Assembly (NCBI GenBank): GCA_934747335.1
Contig: CAKVGS010000005.1
Span: 8,050 to 72,049 of the forward strand
Direction of reading: 5' to 3'
Length of the DNA stretch: 64,000 bases
Origin: an uncultured Candidatus Melainabacteria bacterium
GTDB lineage: Bacteria; Cyanobacteriota; Vampirovibrionia; Gastranaerophilales; Gastranaerophilaceae
Position 1 is the stretch's first letter. Each line of letters opens with the position of its first letter. This document shows positions 37,603 to 47,063 of the stretch, one piece after another. Made by a program: the position numbers and the translations under genes. The notes below the pieces were generated by a model. It did no database searches. It had not been told where the DNA came from and was given only the letters and a program-made list of their open reading frames with translations.

Positions 37603-37630
37603 GTTAATGGTGCAAAAAATTGCACCCTAC
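37603..37630 (+). repeat. solo copy of the ggtgcaaaaaattgcaccctac hairpin repeat
   Basis: gttaatggtgcaaaaaattgcaccctac, identical to the reverse complement of 38563-38590. Confidence 0.85.
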
Positions 37631-37679
37631 ATATCTTTAGTCCAACTTAATAAAAAAAGCATAGTAGATTTAAAATTAG

Positions 37680-38378
37680 TTAAGAGTTGTAGTTGTTAAG
37701 TTTAAAGGCAAGAATTGTGCTTTCAGGGGCATTATCTGATTCAAATACGGCAACAAAATAGAGAAAATATTTTTTGTATAAATCTATTTGCAATTTAATT
37801 ATTTCTTCATCATTCCCTATTATTTGTTTTTTTGTCTGATTAATTTTTACAGCAGGATAAATTATAAATTTTTTATCTTTAGTTTCAATAGTTAAAGTTA
37901 AATTTTCAATAAAAGTAGTTACTAAAGGTGCTCCAGACTTTCTTGTTGCAGTAATAGTTCTAACTATACCTTTTAGCTCGGCACTAATAATTTCTGATTT
38001 CATTATTGAAAAATCATTATTTTTTATAGTGTTTTTAAAAAATAAATTGTTATTATTAAAAGTAATATATTTTATATTAGGTGTAGTGTAAAATTTATGG
38101 CGCGCCATTTTAGTTCTGCATAATTCCATAAAAAATCTTACAAGAAAATAAAGTGGACATAATACAAATATAAAAAACATTCCTAGCACAACAAATACCC
38201 CCGAATCTTGAATTGATTGCAAGAAGTCTTGTAAATAATTTTTGTCAATTAATAAGGAAGGTATTTCAAAAATAAATAATACAATATACAAAGATAAACC
38301 TATAAAATGACTTATAAAACCAATACCACTAACCGCTTCAGGAATATTATAAATAGTGTTAATTTCTACATTTTTCAT
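37680..38378 (-). CDS. orphan membrane protein (2-3 TM N-terminal half, soluble C-terminal half)
   Basis: Very AT-rich ORF, hydrophobic N-terminal segments; bracketed by copies of the ggtgcaaaaaattgcacc element. Confidence 0.5.
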   Translation of the reverse strand: MKNVEINTIYNIPEAVSGIGFISHFIGLSLYIVLFIFEIPSLLIDKNYLQDFLQSIQDSGVFVVLGMFFIFVLCPLYFLVRFFMELCRTKMARHKFYTTPNIKYITFNNNNLFFKNTIKNNDFSIMKSEIISAELKGIVRTITATRKSGAPLVTTFIENLTLTIETKDKKFIIYPAVKINQTKKQIIGNDEEIIKLQIDLYKKYFLYFVAVFESDNAPESTILAFKLNNYNS

Positions 38379-38484
38379 TTTTGAATTATAACTAAAAAAC
38401 AGTTAATAATAAACTAGCTTTTTCGCTTTACAATACACTTTCAAACATGCAGGTCAGGTTCAACATTTTCATTAAACACGACAA

Positions 38485-38590
38485 GTTAATGGTGCAAAAA
38501 TTGCACCCTACAATTGGCAAAGAAATATATGTTCGATTTTGAACGTATTTTATTCAAGAAACGTAGGGTGCAATTTTTTGCACCATTAAC
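38485..38590. mobile_element. 106-bp MITE-like element with 27/28-bp terminal inverted repeats that are themselves hairpins
   Basis: gttaatggtgcaaaaattgcaccctac ... gtagggtgcaattttttgcaccattaac; a third solo copy lies at 37603-37630. Confidence 0.7.
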
Positions 38591-38637
38591 GTTAATCCAT
38601 TTGTCGTATTGGATAAAAATTGTCCAACCCTACCTAT

Positions 38638-39123
38638 CTATTTTTCCATATGTTCAATTACTTTGTTAATCTTGGTTTCACCATCTTTTGTCAAACCAAT
38701 TAACGAAACATAACCGCGTTTTACATATTTTGAATTTTCGAAATTCTCGGCAAATTTTTGAATTGTTTGTTCGACTTTCTTTATAACCTTTGTCCAAGTT
38801 GAGAAAAACGGCTTATCAAGTCCTTTAACTTCACCGGATTTATTATCAATTTCTACTTGAGCATTACGTGTACTAATCAAGGTTTTGCCTTGCATTTGCT
38901 CATTATCTTTAACTTTTTTAAGTAAAAATCTGCTATCATAAAATGTTGCGCTGTCATCGCATAACCTTAAACGAGTCAGATGTGAAGTCGAAAACACATT
39001 GCCACCGTTTATATAACCGGTGTTATGATTCATCTTGGTTAAAATCGATTTCATATTGTTATAAGCGTTATCTGAAAGATAGCGAGTTTTTCCTTGAAAA
39101 CTGATTGGTTGTACTGTACTCAT
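38638..39123 (-). CDS. hypothetical protein
   Basis: 161-aa ORF directly downstream of the kinase-like gene; no motif recognised. Confidence 0.5.
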   Translation of the reverse strand: MSTVQPISFQGKTRYLSDNAYNNMKSILTKMNHNTGYINGGNVFSTSHLTRLRLCDDSATFYDSRFLLKKVKDNEQMQGKTLISTRNAQVEIDNKSGEVKGLDKPFFSTWTKVIKKVEQTIQKFAENFENSKYVKRGYVSLIGLTKDGETKINKVIEHMEK

Positions 39124-39154
39124 ATTTATATCTCATAATCTATTAAAAAAAACA

Positions 39155-40039
39155 CTATCCCTCAAAATTATTAGTAATCGCATGGATATATTCTAAAATC
39201 TGAGAGAAATAAGCCAAATTTGTATCGCCGTTAATAATTATATCAGCTTCGTTTCTATAAGGCTTAACATATTTTTCACCCGCACCAAGAATATATTCCC
39301 AGTGCTTTTTAGCGTTCTCTAAATCCTGATTACGTTCAGTATATGCTCTAGTTAAGAAACGTTCTTTTCTTAATTCCAAATCTGTTTCAACATAAACCTT
39401 GATATCAAAAATATCTTTGTTATCACCGAACATTGAAGCCATACCTTCAACTACAATAATTTTGTTTGATGGAACAAATTTAGCCTTTGGAACGGAAACG
39501 CCTGTGCCGTTTAGCAAATATTCAGGAGAATAAATATCTTCGCCTTGAGATATTTTATTCAAATCATCGTGTAAAACATCTAGTTGGAAACTGTTTGGTG
39601 AATCTACGTCATAACCGTTGTCACGCAAATTATCAAATGTTCCGTACGTTTTAATAAGTTCTGAAATATCATTGAAGTAATTATCCGTCGTCAGGATAGT
39701 AACAGGCATGTTAAAACGTTTGATAACATTTTCTATTTCACGGCAAATAGTAGATTTGCCGGATGCTGATTCACCCGTAATCCCAATCATAATCCTTTTG
39801 TTAGGATTTTGAATAAGTCGTCTTGAAAACTTCTGAATAAAATCATACCGAACCTCAATAAAAATCGGTTCGGCAGCTTTATTATCGTATGCTAATACTT
39901 GTTTGAATTTTGATTGTAAATAGAACGCAAGAAGTTCTCTACCTGTCTTTTGGTTGAAATCAGGTTTTAAAATTTTATCAGAGGAAGTTAATTCCTTCTC
40001 TATTAGATGGGAAATTCCCGTTTTATCATCTTCTGTCAT
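39155..40039 (-). CDS. uridine kinase/phosphoribulokinase-family P-loop kinase with N-terminal extension
   Basis: Walker A GITGESASGKST; start placed at the ATG at 40039 behind ggaag (the listed TTG at 40078 is possible). Confidence 0.65.
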   Translation of the reverse strand: MTEDDKTGISHLIEKELTSSDKILKPDFNQKTGRELLAFYLQSKFKQVLAYDNKAAEPIFIEVRYDFIQKFSRRLIQNPNKRIMIGITGESASGKSTICREIENVIKRFNMPVTILTTDNYFNDISELIKTYGTFDNLRDNGYDVDSPNSFQLDVLHDDLNKISQGEDIYSPEYLLNGTGVSVPKAKFVPSNKIIVVEGMASMFGDNKDIFDIKVYVETDLELRKERFLTRAYTERNQDLENAKKHWEYILGAGEKYVKPYRNEADIIINGDTNLAYFSQILEYIHAITNNFEG

Positions 40040-40087
40040 ACTTTTCTTCCAATTGAATGATATTTTAATATTATACAACAGACAAAA

Positions 40088-41680
40088 TTAAGACTCAAAT
40101 AGTTCACTAATTTTATCTGCAATATCTCTAGGGTCTATTTCTTGGGTAATTTTATTAATGTCTTGCGCCATTTGGTATAATTTAGCAGCTTCAACTTTAT
40201 CTCCGATAATTGAAATTGCTCTGGCCAAATTGAAGTGAGCTAATGCGTAATTAGGATTAGCATCAACGGCTTTTCTAAACAATTCAATAGATTTGTTGAC
40301 ACGACCTAAATCGTCCAAATAAATTACGCCTAAGTTATTGTATGCAATATCATATTTGTCATTATATTTTATAGCCAATTCATAAGACTTGATAGCTTCT
40401 TCCGTATCGCCTTTACCCCAATACAAGAAGCCTAAGTTACAATGGATTTTAGCGTTGTATGGCTGTAACTCTAAAGCTTGACGGTAAACGGCTAACGCAT
40501 TTGCATAATCTTCTTTATCGTAGAAGGCGCTACCTAAATTTACGTAAATATCAACATCTTCAGGAGTCAAAACATAAGCTGTTTGATACGCAGAAATCGC
40601 AGCATCAGGATCTGATTTATTTTCTTGATAAACAAATCCCATTGTCTGAGCAATAACACTTGTCCAAGCTCTGTTTGGATTCAATGTAATTGCAGTTTGG
40701 TAATTAGAAATCGCTAAATCAAATTCGCCTTTAATATAATAAATATTTGCTAAGTTTGAATATAAATCAGGAATATTTGGTGCCATTGCAATTAATTTAT
40801 TATAAATGTCAATTGCTTGGTTATAATCACCTTGTTCTTCATAAGCTCTGCACAAATGACGATATGCGGCAATATTAAATGAATCCAACCAAATTGCCAT
40901 TTTGTATTCAGTAATAGCATCATCATAATATCCTGTTGAAAGGTAAATATCACCTAAAACGCAATATAAAGGTGCAAATCCGGGAGCTGTTTCAATAGCA
41001 TTTTTGTATAATTCAATAGCTTTACCGAAATCTTTTACTTGAATAGCATAAAATCCTTTCAAAAATAAAGGTAAAAAGCGCATGTAAGAAACATTTTTAA
41101 TAATATTTTCAATAGCGTTTCTATCAAATGGCGCAAGTAAAATTGATTGTATTTTTTCGCACCATGATTTTAATTTGATTCTTGTATTTTTAAATGAAGA
41201 TGCTTCATAAAGCTTGTATAACAAGAAATGCGCGCTTGAAGAACCTAATCTTGAACAAATTACAGCACCTTCAGCCGCATCAATAGCATCTGTAAAGTGA
41301 GCTTTTTTTACAAAAGTTTCTGCAAGCATGTAATAAGCGTCATAGTAGTTTTTCTTCTTTTCTAAAGCCATTGTGAAATAGTTAATAGCCTTATCCAATT
41401 CGCCTTTGTGGTAAAATGCAACACCAAGCTTATAGTAGATTTCATGCGATTCGATTAAAGATTCCATCGCAAGTTGATATTCAGTAATAGCTTCATCAAT
41501 GTATTGACCTGCATTAAAAATATCTAAGTGCCATTTTACGTATAAATCTCCCAAACGAACATGAAGCGCAGGATTTGTAGGATCTTTTTGTAAATCCAAC
41601 CTGCATCGCTCGATTTGGTCAAACATTTTATTTTTAATAATATTTTCTTTTTTAACGTTATTTTCTGCTAAGTCTTTCAT
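40088..41680 (-). CDS. TPR-repeat protein
   Basis: More than 10 TPR-like units (A...Y..A..L.P....A..NLG..Y). Confidence 0.8.
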   Translation of the reverse strand: MKDLAENNVKKENIIKNKMFDQIERCRLDLQKDPTNPALHVRLGDLYVKWHLDIFNAGQYIDEAITEYQLAMESLIESHEIYYKLGVAFYHKGELDKAINYFTMALEKKKNYYDAYYMLAETFVKKAHFTDAIDAAEGAVICSRLGSSSAHFLLYKLYEASSFKNTRIKLKSWCEKIQSILLAPFDRNAIENIIKNVSYMRFLPLFLKGFYAIQVKDFGKAIELYKNAIETAPGFAPLYCVLGDIYLSTGYYDDAITEYKMAIWLDSFNIAAYRHLCRAYEEQGDYNQAIDIYNKLIAMAPNIPDLYSNLANIYYIKGEFDLAISNYQTAITLNPNRAWTSVIAQTMGFVYQENKSDPDAAISAYQTAYVLTPEDVDIYVNLGSAFYDKEDYANALAVYRQALELQPYNAKIHCNLGFLYWGKGDTEEAIKSYELAIKYNDKYDIAYNNLGVIYLDDLGRVNKSIELFRKAVDANPNYALAHFNLARAISIIGDKVEAAKLYQMAQDINKITQEIDPRDIADKISELFES

Positions 41681-41692
41681 AATTTTTCCTAA

Positions 41693-42298
41693 TTAATCAG
41701 TGCTATTTGAATATAAATACATATAATATAATAAAGCTTGTCTGTCATCTTCTGTCATGTTGGAATATACAGCAGTAAATTCATTGTCATAAACAGGATC
41801 CGCATCGGTAACGGTTGCTCTGAATTTAATTGTACCATAATCTTTTGGTAAAATTAACTCACAATTAAACGAATCATCTACATTTAATTTAGTGTCACAA
41901 TAAAATTTTATATGGTCAGTCGCCAACTCAAATGTTTTCACGCTTATTTCATTTTCTTCACCAACTCTTATAATAAGTTTTTCAATTGCATCAACGGTTG
42001 GAATTTCTTCTGAAGGTGTTAATTTCATTGCATTATAATCGAGTTCTATACAAAAATTATCCTCTAGAGGTGACGCTATAACAACTGTATTAAAATCAAC
42101 AGTCCCCATTTTAGAAAAAACTTTTACTGTTAATTTACATCCAACTTGCAAAAAATTAATGTAGCGCATGAAATATGGCGGTAATTCAATTACCATCCTG
42201 TCTTCCAAAAGCCCAGAAATTGTTGAGCGAATTTCTATAAGCTTGTTTCCATCTTCTATAAATAAACTTAAATTTTGACCTATTTTAAATAAATCCAT
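41693..42298 (-). CDS. hypothetical protein (possibly degenerate PilZ/YcgR-like two-barrel fold)
   Basis: Size and beta-rich pattern only; no RxxxR motif seen. Confidence 0.4.
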   Translation of the reverse strand: MDLFKIGQNLSLFIEDGNKLIEIRSTISGLLEDRMVIELPPYFMRYINFLQVGCKLTVKVFSKMGTVDFNTVVIASPLEDNFCIELDYNAMKLTPSEEIPTVDAIEKLIIRVGEENEISVKTFELATDHIKFYCDTKLNVDDSFNCELILPKDYGTIKFRATVTDADPVYDNEFTAVYSNMTEDDRQALLYYMYLYSNSTD

Positions 42299-42340
42299 AC
42301 TTTATATTATAGCTTAATCCTAAGGTTTTAACAATAATCA

Positions 42341-43156
42341 CTATTTTTGCTTTACAACCATGAATGATTTTAAAGCTCGACCGGTATCGCCCGTAGATTG
42401 AGTCGATACAACGTTAATGTTTTTGTAGTTTAATGAAGTTGAACTTCCACCGTCAAACGCCATTGCACTGTCTAAACCGTAGCTTGCACATAAATCCCTT
42501 GCTTCATAAATATCCATCGGATGTTCATTTGTTACGATAAAAATATGCGCTTCTTGAGTACTACTATCTATATTTTTTATACCAATTAAAGTTCTTGCCG
42601 TTTTATGTAATACAGACGCGGATTCTCTAACTACGTTTCCATCTTTATCTTTAACGACAAAAAATTCTTCTTCCAACCTTAAGTTAGGCAAAAGTTGAGG
42701 ACCGCCTTGGGCGGATGTTTTAACCGAACACATAAAATCAATTTTGGAATTGTGCTGCGCGATTTCATATTTTAATTTGCTGTCGCAATCTAATATTCTA
42801 AATTCAGTTCTATTCAAAACTGTTTTTAGATTTTGTCTTAAAACAGGGTTCATCATAATGTTTTCATTAAACAAAGGGTCTTCAACCGTCTGAAAATCAT
42901 TAACTATATAAGAAATTGTTTTTTCATTTTTTGGATCAAAAAAGCCTGTATTTATTGTAAGCAAAGAATCACTTTTTTTGTGCGCTTCTCTGTTGGTAAT
43001 TAAAGACGGAGATGATACAAATTGAATTTGTTTTTTTATTTTATCACCACTTAATACAATATGATAAATTCCATCATTATAATCAACTTTTATGGGTGAA
43101 GCAAAAACAGCTAATGTTGAAATTAACATGCAAACAAAAATTAAAGTTTTTTTCAT
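42341..43156 (-). CDS. phosphodiester glycosidase family (DUF2233) secreted protein
   Basis: Signal peptide; INTGFF, AQGGPQLL, ARTLIGI, AMAFDGGSSTSL motifs. Confidence 0.65.
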   Translation of the reverse strand: MKKTLIFVCMLISTLAVFASPIKVDYNDGIYHIVLSGDKIKKQIQFVSSPSLITNREAHKKSDSLLTINTGFFDPKNEKTISYIVNDFQTVEDPLFNENIMMNPVLRQNLKTVLNRTEFRILDCDSKLKYEIAQHNSKIDFMCSVKTSAQGGPQLLPNLRLEEEFFVVKDKDGNVVRESASVLHKTARTLIGIKNIDSSTQEAHIFIVTNEHPMDIYEARDLCASYGLDSAMAFDGGSSTSLNYKNINVVSTQSTGDTGRALKSFMVVKQK

Positions 43157-43157
43157 T

Positions 43158-44282
43158 TTATAAATCCCTAGATTTGTAGAACATTATAATAGCGAATAAA
43201 AACGCCAACGGTGGAATTGCAGCCGTCGCAAGCGGCGGTAAAACACCTTTTTCTGCCAATAAATCAAAGAAAGGCAGAGTTATATAGTACACAAAGATAC
43301 AGCCAATTGCAATCGTAAAGCCGATTAATCTTTGTTCACGCGGTTTGCTGAAACCTAATAAGCATCCCATAACAGCTAAAAGTACGCAAACAAACGGGTG
43401 GAAGAATCTTTGATAATACTTATTTGCCATCAACCTGTAATCTTCATCTAAGTTTTCTTTTTTCAACAAATCAACGTATTTTTTTAAATTTTTATTATCA
43501 ATATCTCTATCTTTTTTGGTCGAATTAATCATAATTGTATATGCATCATTTGCATCTTCGCCATTTAAGATATAAGCTTTGTCATGCTTTGTGATTTTTC
43601 TAAAGATACCATCTTCGTTGATATCATAAGATGTTACGTTATCTAAAACCCAACTTGGTTCACCGTTTGGGTTAACTCCTTTATGACCGATTTCTCCAAC
43701 TAAAATATTATCTAAACCATGTAAATCATTGAAAACTTGCTTTGAAAAATTCATGACAATAACGTCATTCATTTCACCTTCAAAAAATCTTGAGACTATT
43801 ACAGCTTGCTCAGGATGGTCGTTTTCATCTTTTTTTGTGTAAATATATTGGGTTAGCATTTGCCCGCCCTTAATTTCTTCCAACTTTTGACAAGTATACG
43901 GAATCCATTTGTCATAAGTTACGAAACAAAGATATGTTACGATAAAACTCAATACTAAAAGCGGACGCAATATTCTTGAAAAAGACATGCCAACGGCTCT
44001 GAAAATAGTTAATTCAGAGTCTTTACTTAATTTGTCAAACGTAAATAATGAACCCAACAATAAACCTACTGGAAACGCTTTACCAAGAATTTTAGGCATT
44101 TCATAAATCAAAACAAGAACGCCTGTTTTTGGAGTGTAAGCACCTTCCAAAACTTTTTTAATCGTATTCAAAAGCATTTCAGGCGCAATCCAAACGATTG
44201 TAAACAGCATGATTGCTACAATAGTTGTAATTAAAACTTGTGTAAAAATATATCTGTCATAAACAGTAAAAGGCTTTTTCAT
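43158..44282 (-). CDS. LptF/LptG-family LPS export permease
   Basis: N-terminal YDRYIFTQVL..., 6-TM architecture with a large periplasmic loop; adjacent to lptB. Confidence 0.8.
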   Translation of the reverse strand: MKKPFTVYDRYIFTQVLITTIVAIMLFTIVWIAPEMLLNTIKKVLEGAYTPKTGVLVLIYEMPKILGKAFPVGLLLGSLFTFDKLSKDSELTIFRAVGMSFSRILRPLLVLSFIVTYLCFVTYDKWIPYTCQKLEEIKGGQMLTQYIYTKKDENDHPEQAVIVSRFFEGEMNDVIVMNFSKQVFNDLHGLDNILVGEIGHKGVNPNGEPSWVLDNVTSYDINEDGIFRKITKHDKAYILNGEDANDAYTIMINSTKKDRDIDNKNLKKYVDLLKKENLDEDYRLMANKYYQRFFHPFVCVLLAVMGCLLGFSKPREQRLIGFTIAIGCIFVYYITLPFFDLLAEKGVLPPLATAAIPPLAFLFAIIMFYKSRDL

Positions 44283-44283
44283 A

Positions 44284-45009
44284 CTAGAGCTTGAAGTCCT
44301 TTCCTAAATAGAATTCTTTGGCAACAGGGTCATTTGCAACATCCGTACTCTTACCTTGAATTTTGATTTTACCGTCAAAAATCACATAAGCTCGGTCTGT
44401 AATGGAAAGAGTCGCTTTAGGGTTGTGGTCAGTAATTAAAACTCCTAAGCCTTTTTCCTCAGATATTTTTCTTATATTGTCTTTAATTTCACCAATTGCA
44501 ATAGGGTCAATACCGGCAAACGGTTCATCTAAAAGCATGAAATCAGGACTCGCAGCAAGGGCGCGCGCGATTTCAACACGTCGTCTTTCACCACCTGATA
44601 AAGCTACTGCCGGAGATTTCCTAAGCTTCATAACACCAAATTCAGTTAACAATTCTTCAAGCTTCTTCTTCTTTTCATTAACTGTTAATTTATCATTCAT
44701 TTCTAAAACCAATTGAATGTTATCTTCAACTGTCAATTTCCTAAAAATTGAATTTTCTTGCGGAAGATAACCAATACCGGCTTTTGCACGTAAATTCATC
44801 GGCCATGCCGTAATATCTTTTCCGTCAATAAATACGTTTCCTGTATTTGGTTTAACTAAACCAACAATCATATAGAAAGTAGTAGTTTTTCCGGCTCCAT
44901 TCGGACCAAGCAAACAAACAACTTCGCCTTTATCCATAAAGAAACTTACGTCGTTTACAACGCTTCTATCCCCATATATTTTAACTAAATTTTTTGCTTC
45001 GATTCTCAT
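44284..45009 (-). CDS. lptB: LPS export ABC transporter ATP-binding protein
   Basis: Walker A GPNGAGKTT, signature LSGGERRR, Walker B LLDEP; start moved to the ATG at 45009 (MRIEAKNL). Confidence 0.9.
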   Translation of the reverse strand: MRIEAKNLVKIYGDRSVVNDVSFFMDKGEVVCLLGPNGAGKTTTFYMIVGLVKPNTGNVFIDGKDITAWPMNLRAKAGIGYLPQENSIFRKLTVEDNIQLVLEMNDKLTVNEKKKKLEELLTEFGVMKLRKSPAVALSGGERRRVEIARALAASPDFMLLDEPFAGIDPIAIGEIKDNIRKISEEKGLGVLITDHNPKATLSITDRAYVIFDGKIKIQGKSTDVANDPVAKEFYLGKDFKL

Positions 45010-45083
45010 TCTTATTCCCCAATGCTGTATCTCTATATAATACAACAAAATAAATTTAGATGAAAGAATTATAAAAATTTACT

Positions 45084-45480
45084 AATGTCGTTCGCTGATG
45101 GCGCAAGCCCTTCTCTTTGGGAGAGAGTAGAAAATCAAGTTGAGCCACGCGAAACTTTGATTTTCGGATGAGGGTTCAAACCGTAAGGCAATTTTTACTT
45201 ATTATTTTGTAAAACCCTCTCCCTAGCCCTCTCCCTCGGAGAGGGAATAACCTAAACTCGTTCACTGATTGCGCTAGCGACCTCCATTAATATGAAGGTC
45301 GCAGTTGTGCGAACGTGAGTGAGCTACAAATGCGGGTGGGTTACGACTTTTTAAGACTCTTCTATACCACCCTCATCAGCTCTTCGGGCAGCTTCTCCCC
45401 TCTAAGGAGAAGCGGTAGAATGCGCCAAATCAGCACAAATGACGGCTTCGCCATCGAAGGGAGCTCTGATGAAGGTGATA
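45084..45480 (+). repeat. mosaic island upstream of the pilin gene (M1-M2-M3-M4, degenerate M4)
   Basis: Collinear with 46518-47004 in the same orientation. Confidence 0.9.
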
Positions 45481-45525
45481 CAAACACAGCAAAACAACAA
45501 TTTCAACAACTCTCACCTCAAACCC

Positions 45526-45553
45526 TTGCAAGCTGCACAAAATATGTTATAAT
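45526..45553 (+). promoter_or_regulatory. promoter of the pilin-like gene (extended -10)
   Basis: TTGCAA - 16 nt - TGtTATAAT. Confidence 0.5.
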
Positions 45554-45597
45554 TAAATTACAGATTTGAATTTATTATTGAATAAGGAGAGTATTAT

Positions 45598-46425
45598 ATG
45601 AAACATGGTTTTACACTGGCAGAAGTGTTAATAACTTTGGGTATTATCGGTGTAGTTGCAGCATTATCAGCACCAAGCTTGGTCCAAAACGCAAGTTCTG
45701 CACAAGTAGGACCAAAATTGGCAAAAGCTATATCAACATTTGAAACAGCAAACGAAAACTTATTGCAAGAAGCAAGTGCGACAAGAATCGCAAATTCCGG
45801 AGCAACAGAAGGCAGTGGGAATGATATTCAGCAAAATTATATCGTTAACCTTTCTAAATATATGAAAATTGCCTATTTAAATGAAGGAGAAGGTAGTTCA
45901 AAATATGCTTCTATGATAAAAAATTACAATGGTTCAGCTATAAAAAACCCCGGAGATACTAGTTCCAATTCAAACTCTAACTCTAACGGAGGGCTTGTTG
46001 ACAAAGTTAGTTTTGACAAATTTCTACCAGACTTGGTGGGGCTAAAAACAGATGAAGCAGTAAAACATTTGGGCCTTACAAAAGATGGCATGTTATTTGC
46101 AATTGCACTAAATACAACTCCTGCAAACTTACAACAGATCGCCGTTGACAAAGATGGTAACGTTGTTGGTAACGCAAATGATGTATCTCCTGCTCACCAA
46201 ACACAATATGGCACAGTGCTTATTGATGTTAACGGAAAGGCCAAGCCAAACAGGATTGGTAAAGACGTATTTTTATTTAGGATGATGGAGGATGGAACAT
46301 TATCACCTTATGGTGCAGGAGGACTATGGAACACCGGCACTGATAAATGTAACGCAAGTGAAGTTACAACAGGTAATACTTGCGGAGCGTCAATCTTAGA
46401 AAATGACAGAAAAGTTATTTACTAA
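45598..46425 (+). CDS. type IV pilin-like / pseudopilin protein (prepilin N-terminal methylation motif)
   Basis: MKHGFTLAEVLITLGIIGVVAAL class III signal; strong RBS aaggag; own promoter and terminator. Confidence 0.8.
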   Translation: MKHGFTLAEVLITLGIIGVVAALSAPSLVQNASSAQVGPKLAKAISTFETANENLLQEASATRIANSGATEGSGNDIQQNYIVNLSKYMKIAYLNEGEGSSKYASMIKNYNGSAIKNPGDTSSNSNSNSNGGLVDKVSFDKFLPDLVGLKTDEAVKHLGLTKDGMLFAIALNTTPANLQQIAVDKDGNVVGNANDVSPAHQTQYGTVLIDVNGKAKPNRIGKDVFLFRMMEDGTLSPYGAGGLWNTGTDKCNASEVTTGNTCGASILENDRKVIY

Positions 46426-46440
46426 TAAGTATAATAAAGA

Positions 46441-46479
46441 AAAATAGCTTGAGTATAAAAATACTCAGGCTATTTTTTT
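46441..46479 (+). terminator. intrinsic terminator after the pilin-like gene
   Basis: aaaatagcttgagtat aaaa atactcaggctattttttt. Confidence 0.8.
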
Positions 46480-46490
46480 GCCATCTCATG

Positions 46491-47004
46491 CACCACCCCT
46501 CTCTGTATAAGTCCTTCACCAATGGCACAAGCCCCTCTCTTTGGGAGAGGGTAGAAAATCAAGTTGAGCCACGCGAAACTTAGATTTTCGGGTGAGGGTT
46601 CAAGCCGCAAGGCAATTTTTTATTTGTATACTTATTGTTTTGTAAATCCATCACCCTAACCCTCTCCCTCGGAGAGGGAATAACCTAAAGGCGTTCACTG
46701 ATTGCGTTAGCGACCTCCATGAATAGGGAGGTCGCAGTTGTTGGCAAGGCTCTGCCGAGCCATACAAATGCGGGTGGGTTACGATTTTTAGACTATTCTA
46801 TGCCACCCTCATCAGAGCTCCGCTCAGCTTGTCTTGGATTATTCGGGCGAGCATAACATTCTAATAACAAAAAATCCTAACGGATTTTAGTAGTTATTTC
46901 CATGTTAAATGCTCTTACGGGCTTACGCCCTACCGAAAACCCGCTCTTCCCTCAAGGGAGAAGCGGTAGAGATGCATCAAATTAGCACAAGTAACAGCTT
47001 CGCT
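46491..47004 (+). repeat. mosaic island downstream of the pilin gene (M1-M2-M3-M4 with E133 insertion)
   Basis: Collinear direct repeat of 45084-45480. Confidence 0.9.
46831..46945 (+). mobile_element. E133 second copy (115 bp, internal deletion) inserted inside module M4
   Basis: The host reads ccgctcagctt|ctcccctcgagggagaagcgg uninterrupted at 23641-23670; here the same gtcttggatt...aacccgct element splits it. Confidence 0.7.
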
Positions 47005-47013
47005 TAAATTTAT

Positions 47014-47042
47014 TTGAAAAATTTTCCAATAAATTATAAAAT
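47014..47042 (+). promoter_or_regulatory. candidate promoter of the Toprim gene
   Basis: TTGAAA - 17 nt - TAAAAT, 22 nt upstream of the TTG start codon. Confidence 0.4.
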
Positions 47043-47063
47043 ACATTTATAAGGAAAATTCAC

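Noticed and set aside
45315-45569. ORF 45315-45569 (+) upstream of the pilin gene, ORF 30034-30234 (-) and ORF 48277-48477 (+)
   Set aside because: All lie entirely within repeat islands or the tRNA-like tandem units. They are artefacts, not genes.
45955-45990. Ser/Asn repeat (SSNSNSNSNGG) in the pilin gene as a slipped-strand phase-variation tract
   Set aside because: The nucleotide sequence (aat tca aac tct aac tct aac) is not a perfect short tandem repeat, and a change of repeat number would stay in frame.
22106-47004. Integron gene cassettes with the repeat modules acting as attC sites
   Set aside because: There is no intI gene and no cassette array, the flanked genes are scattered among core genes, and I could not recognise the RYYYAAC/GTTRRRY core sites at module ends.
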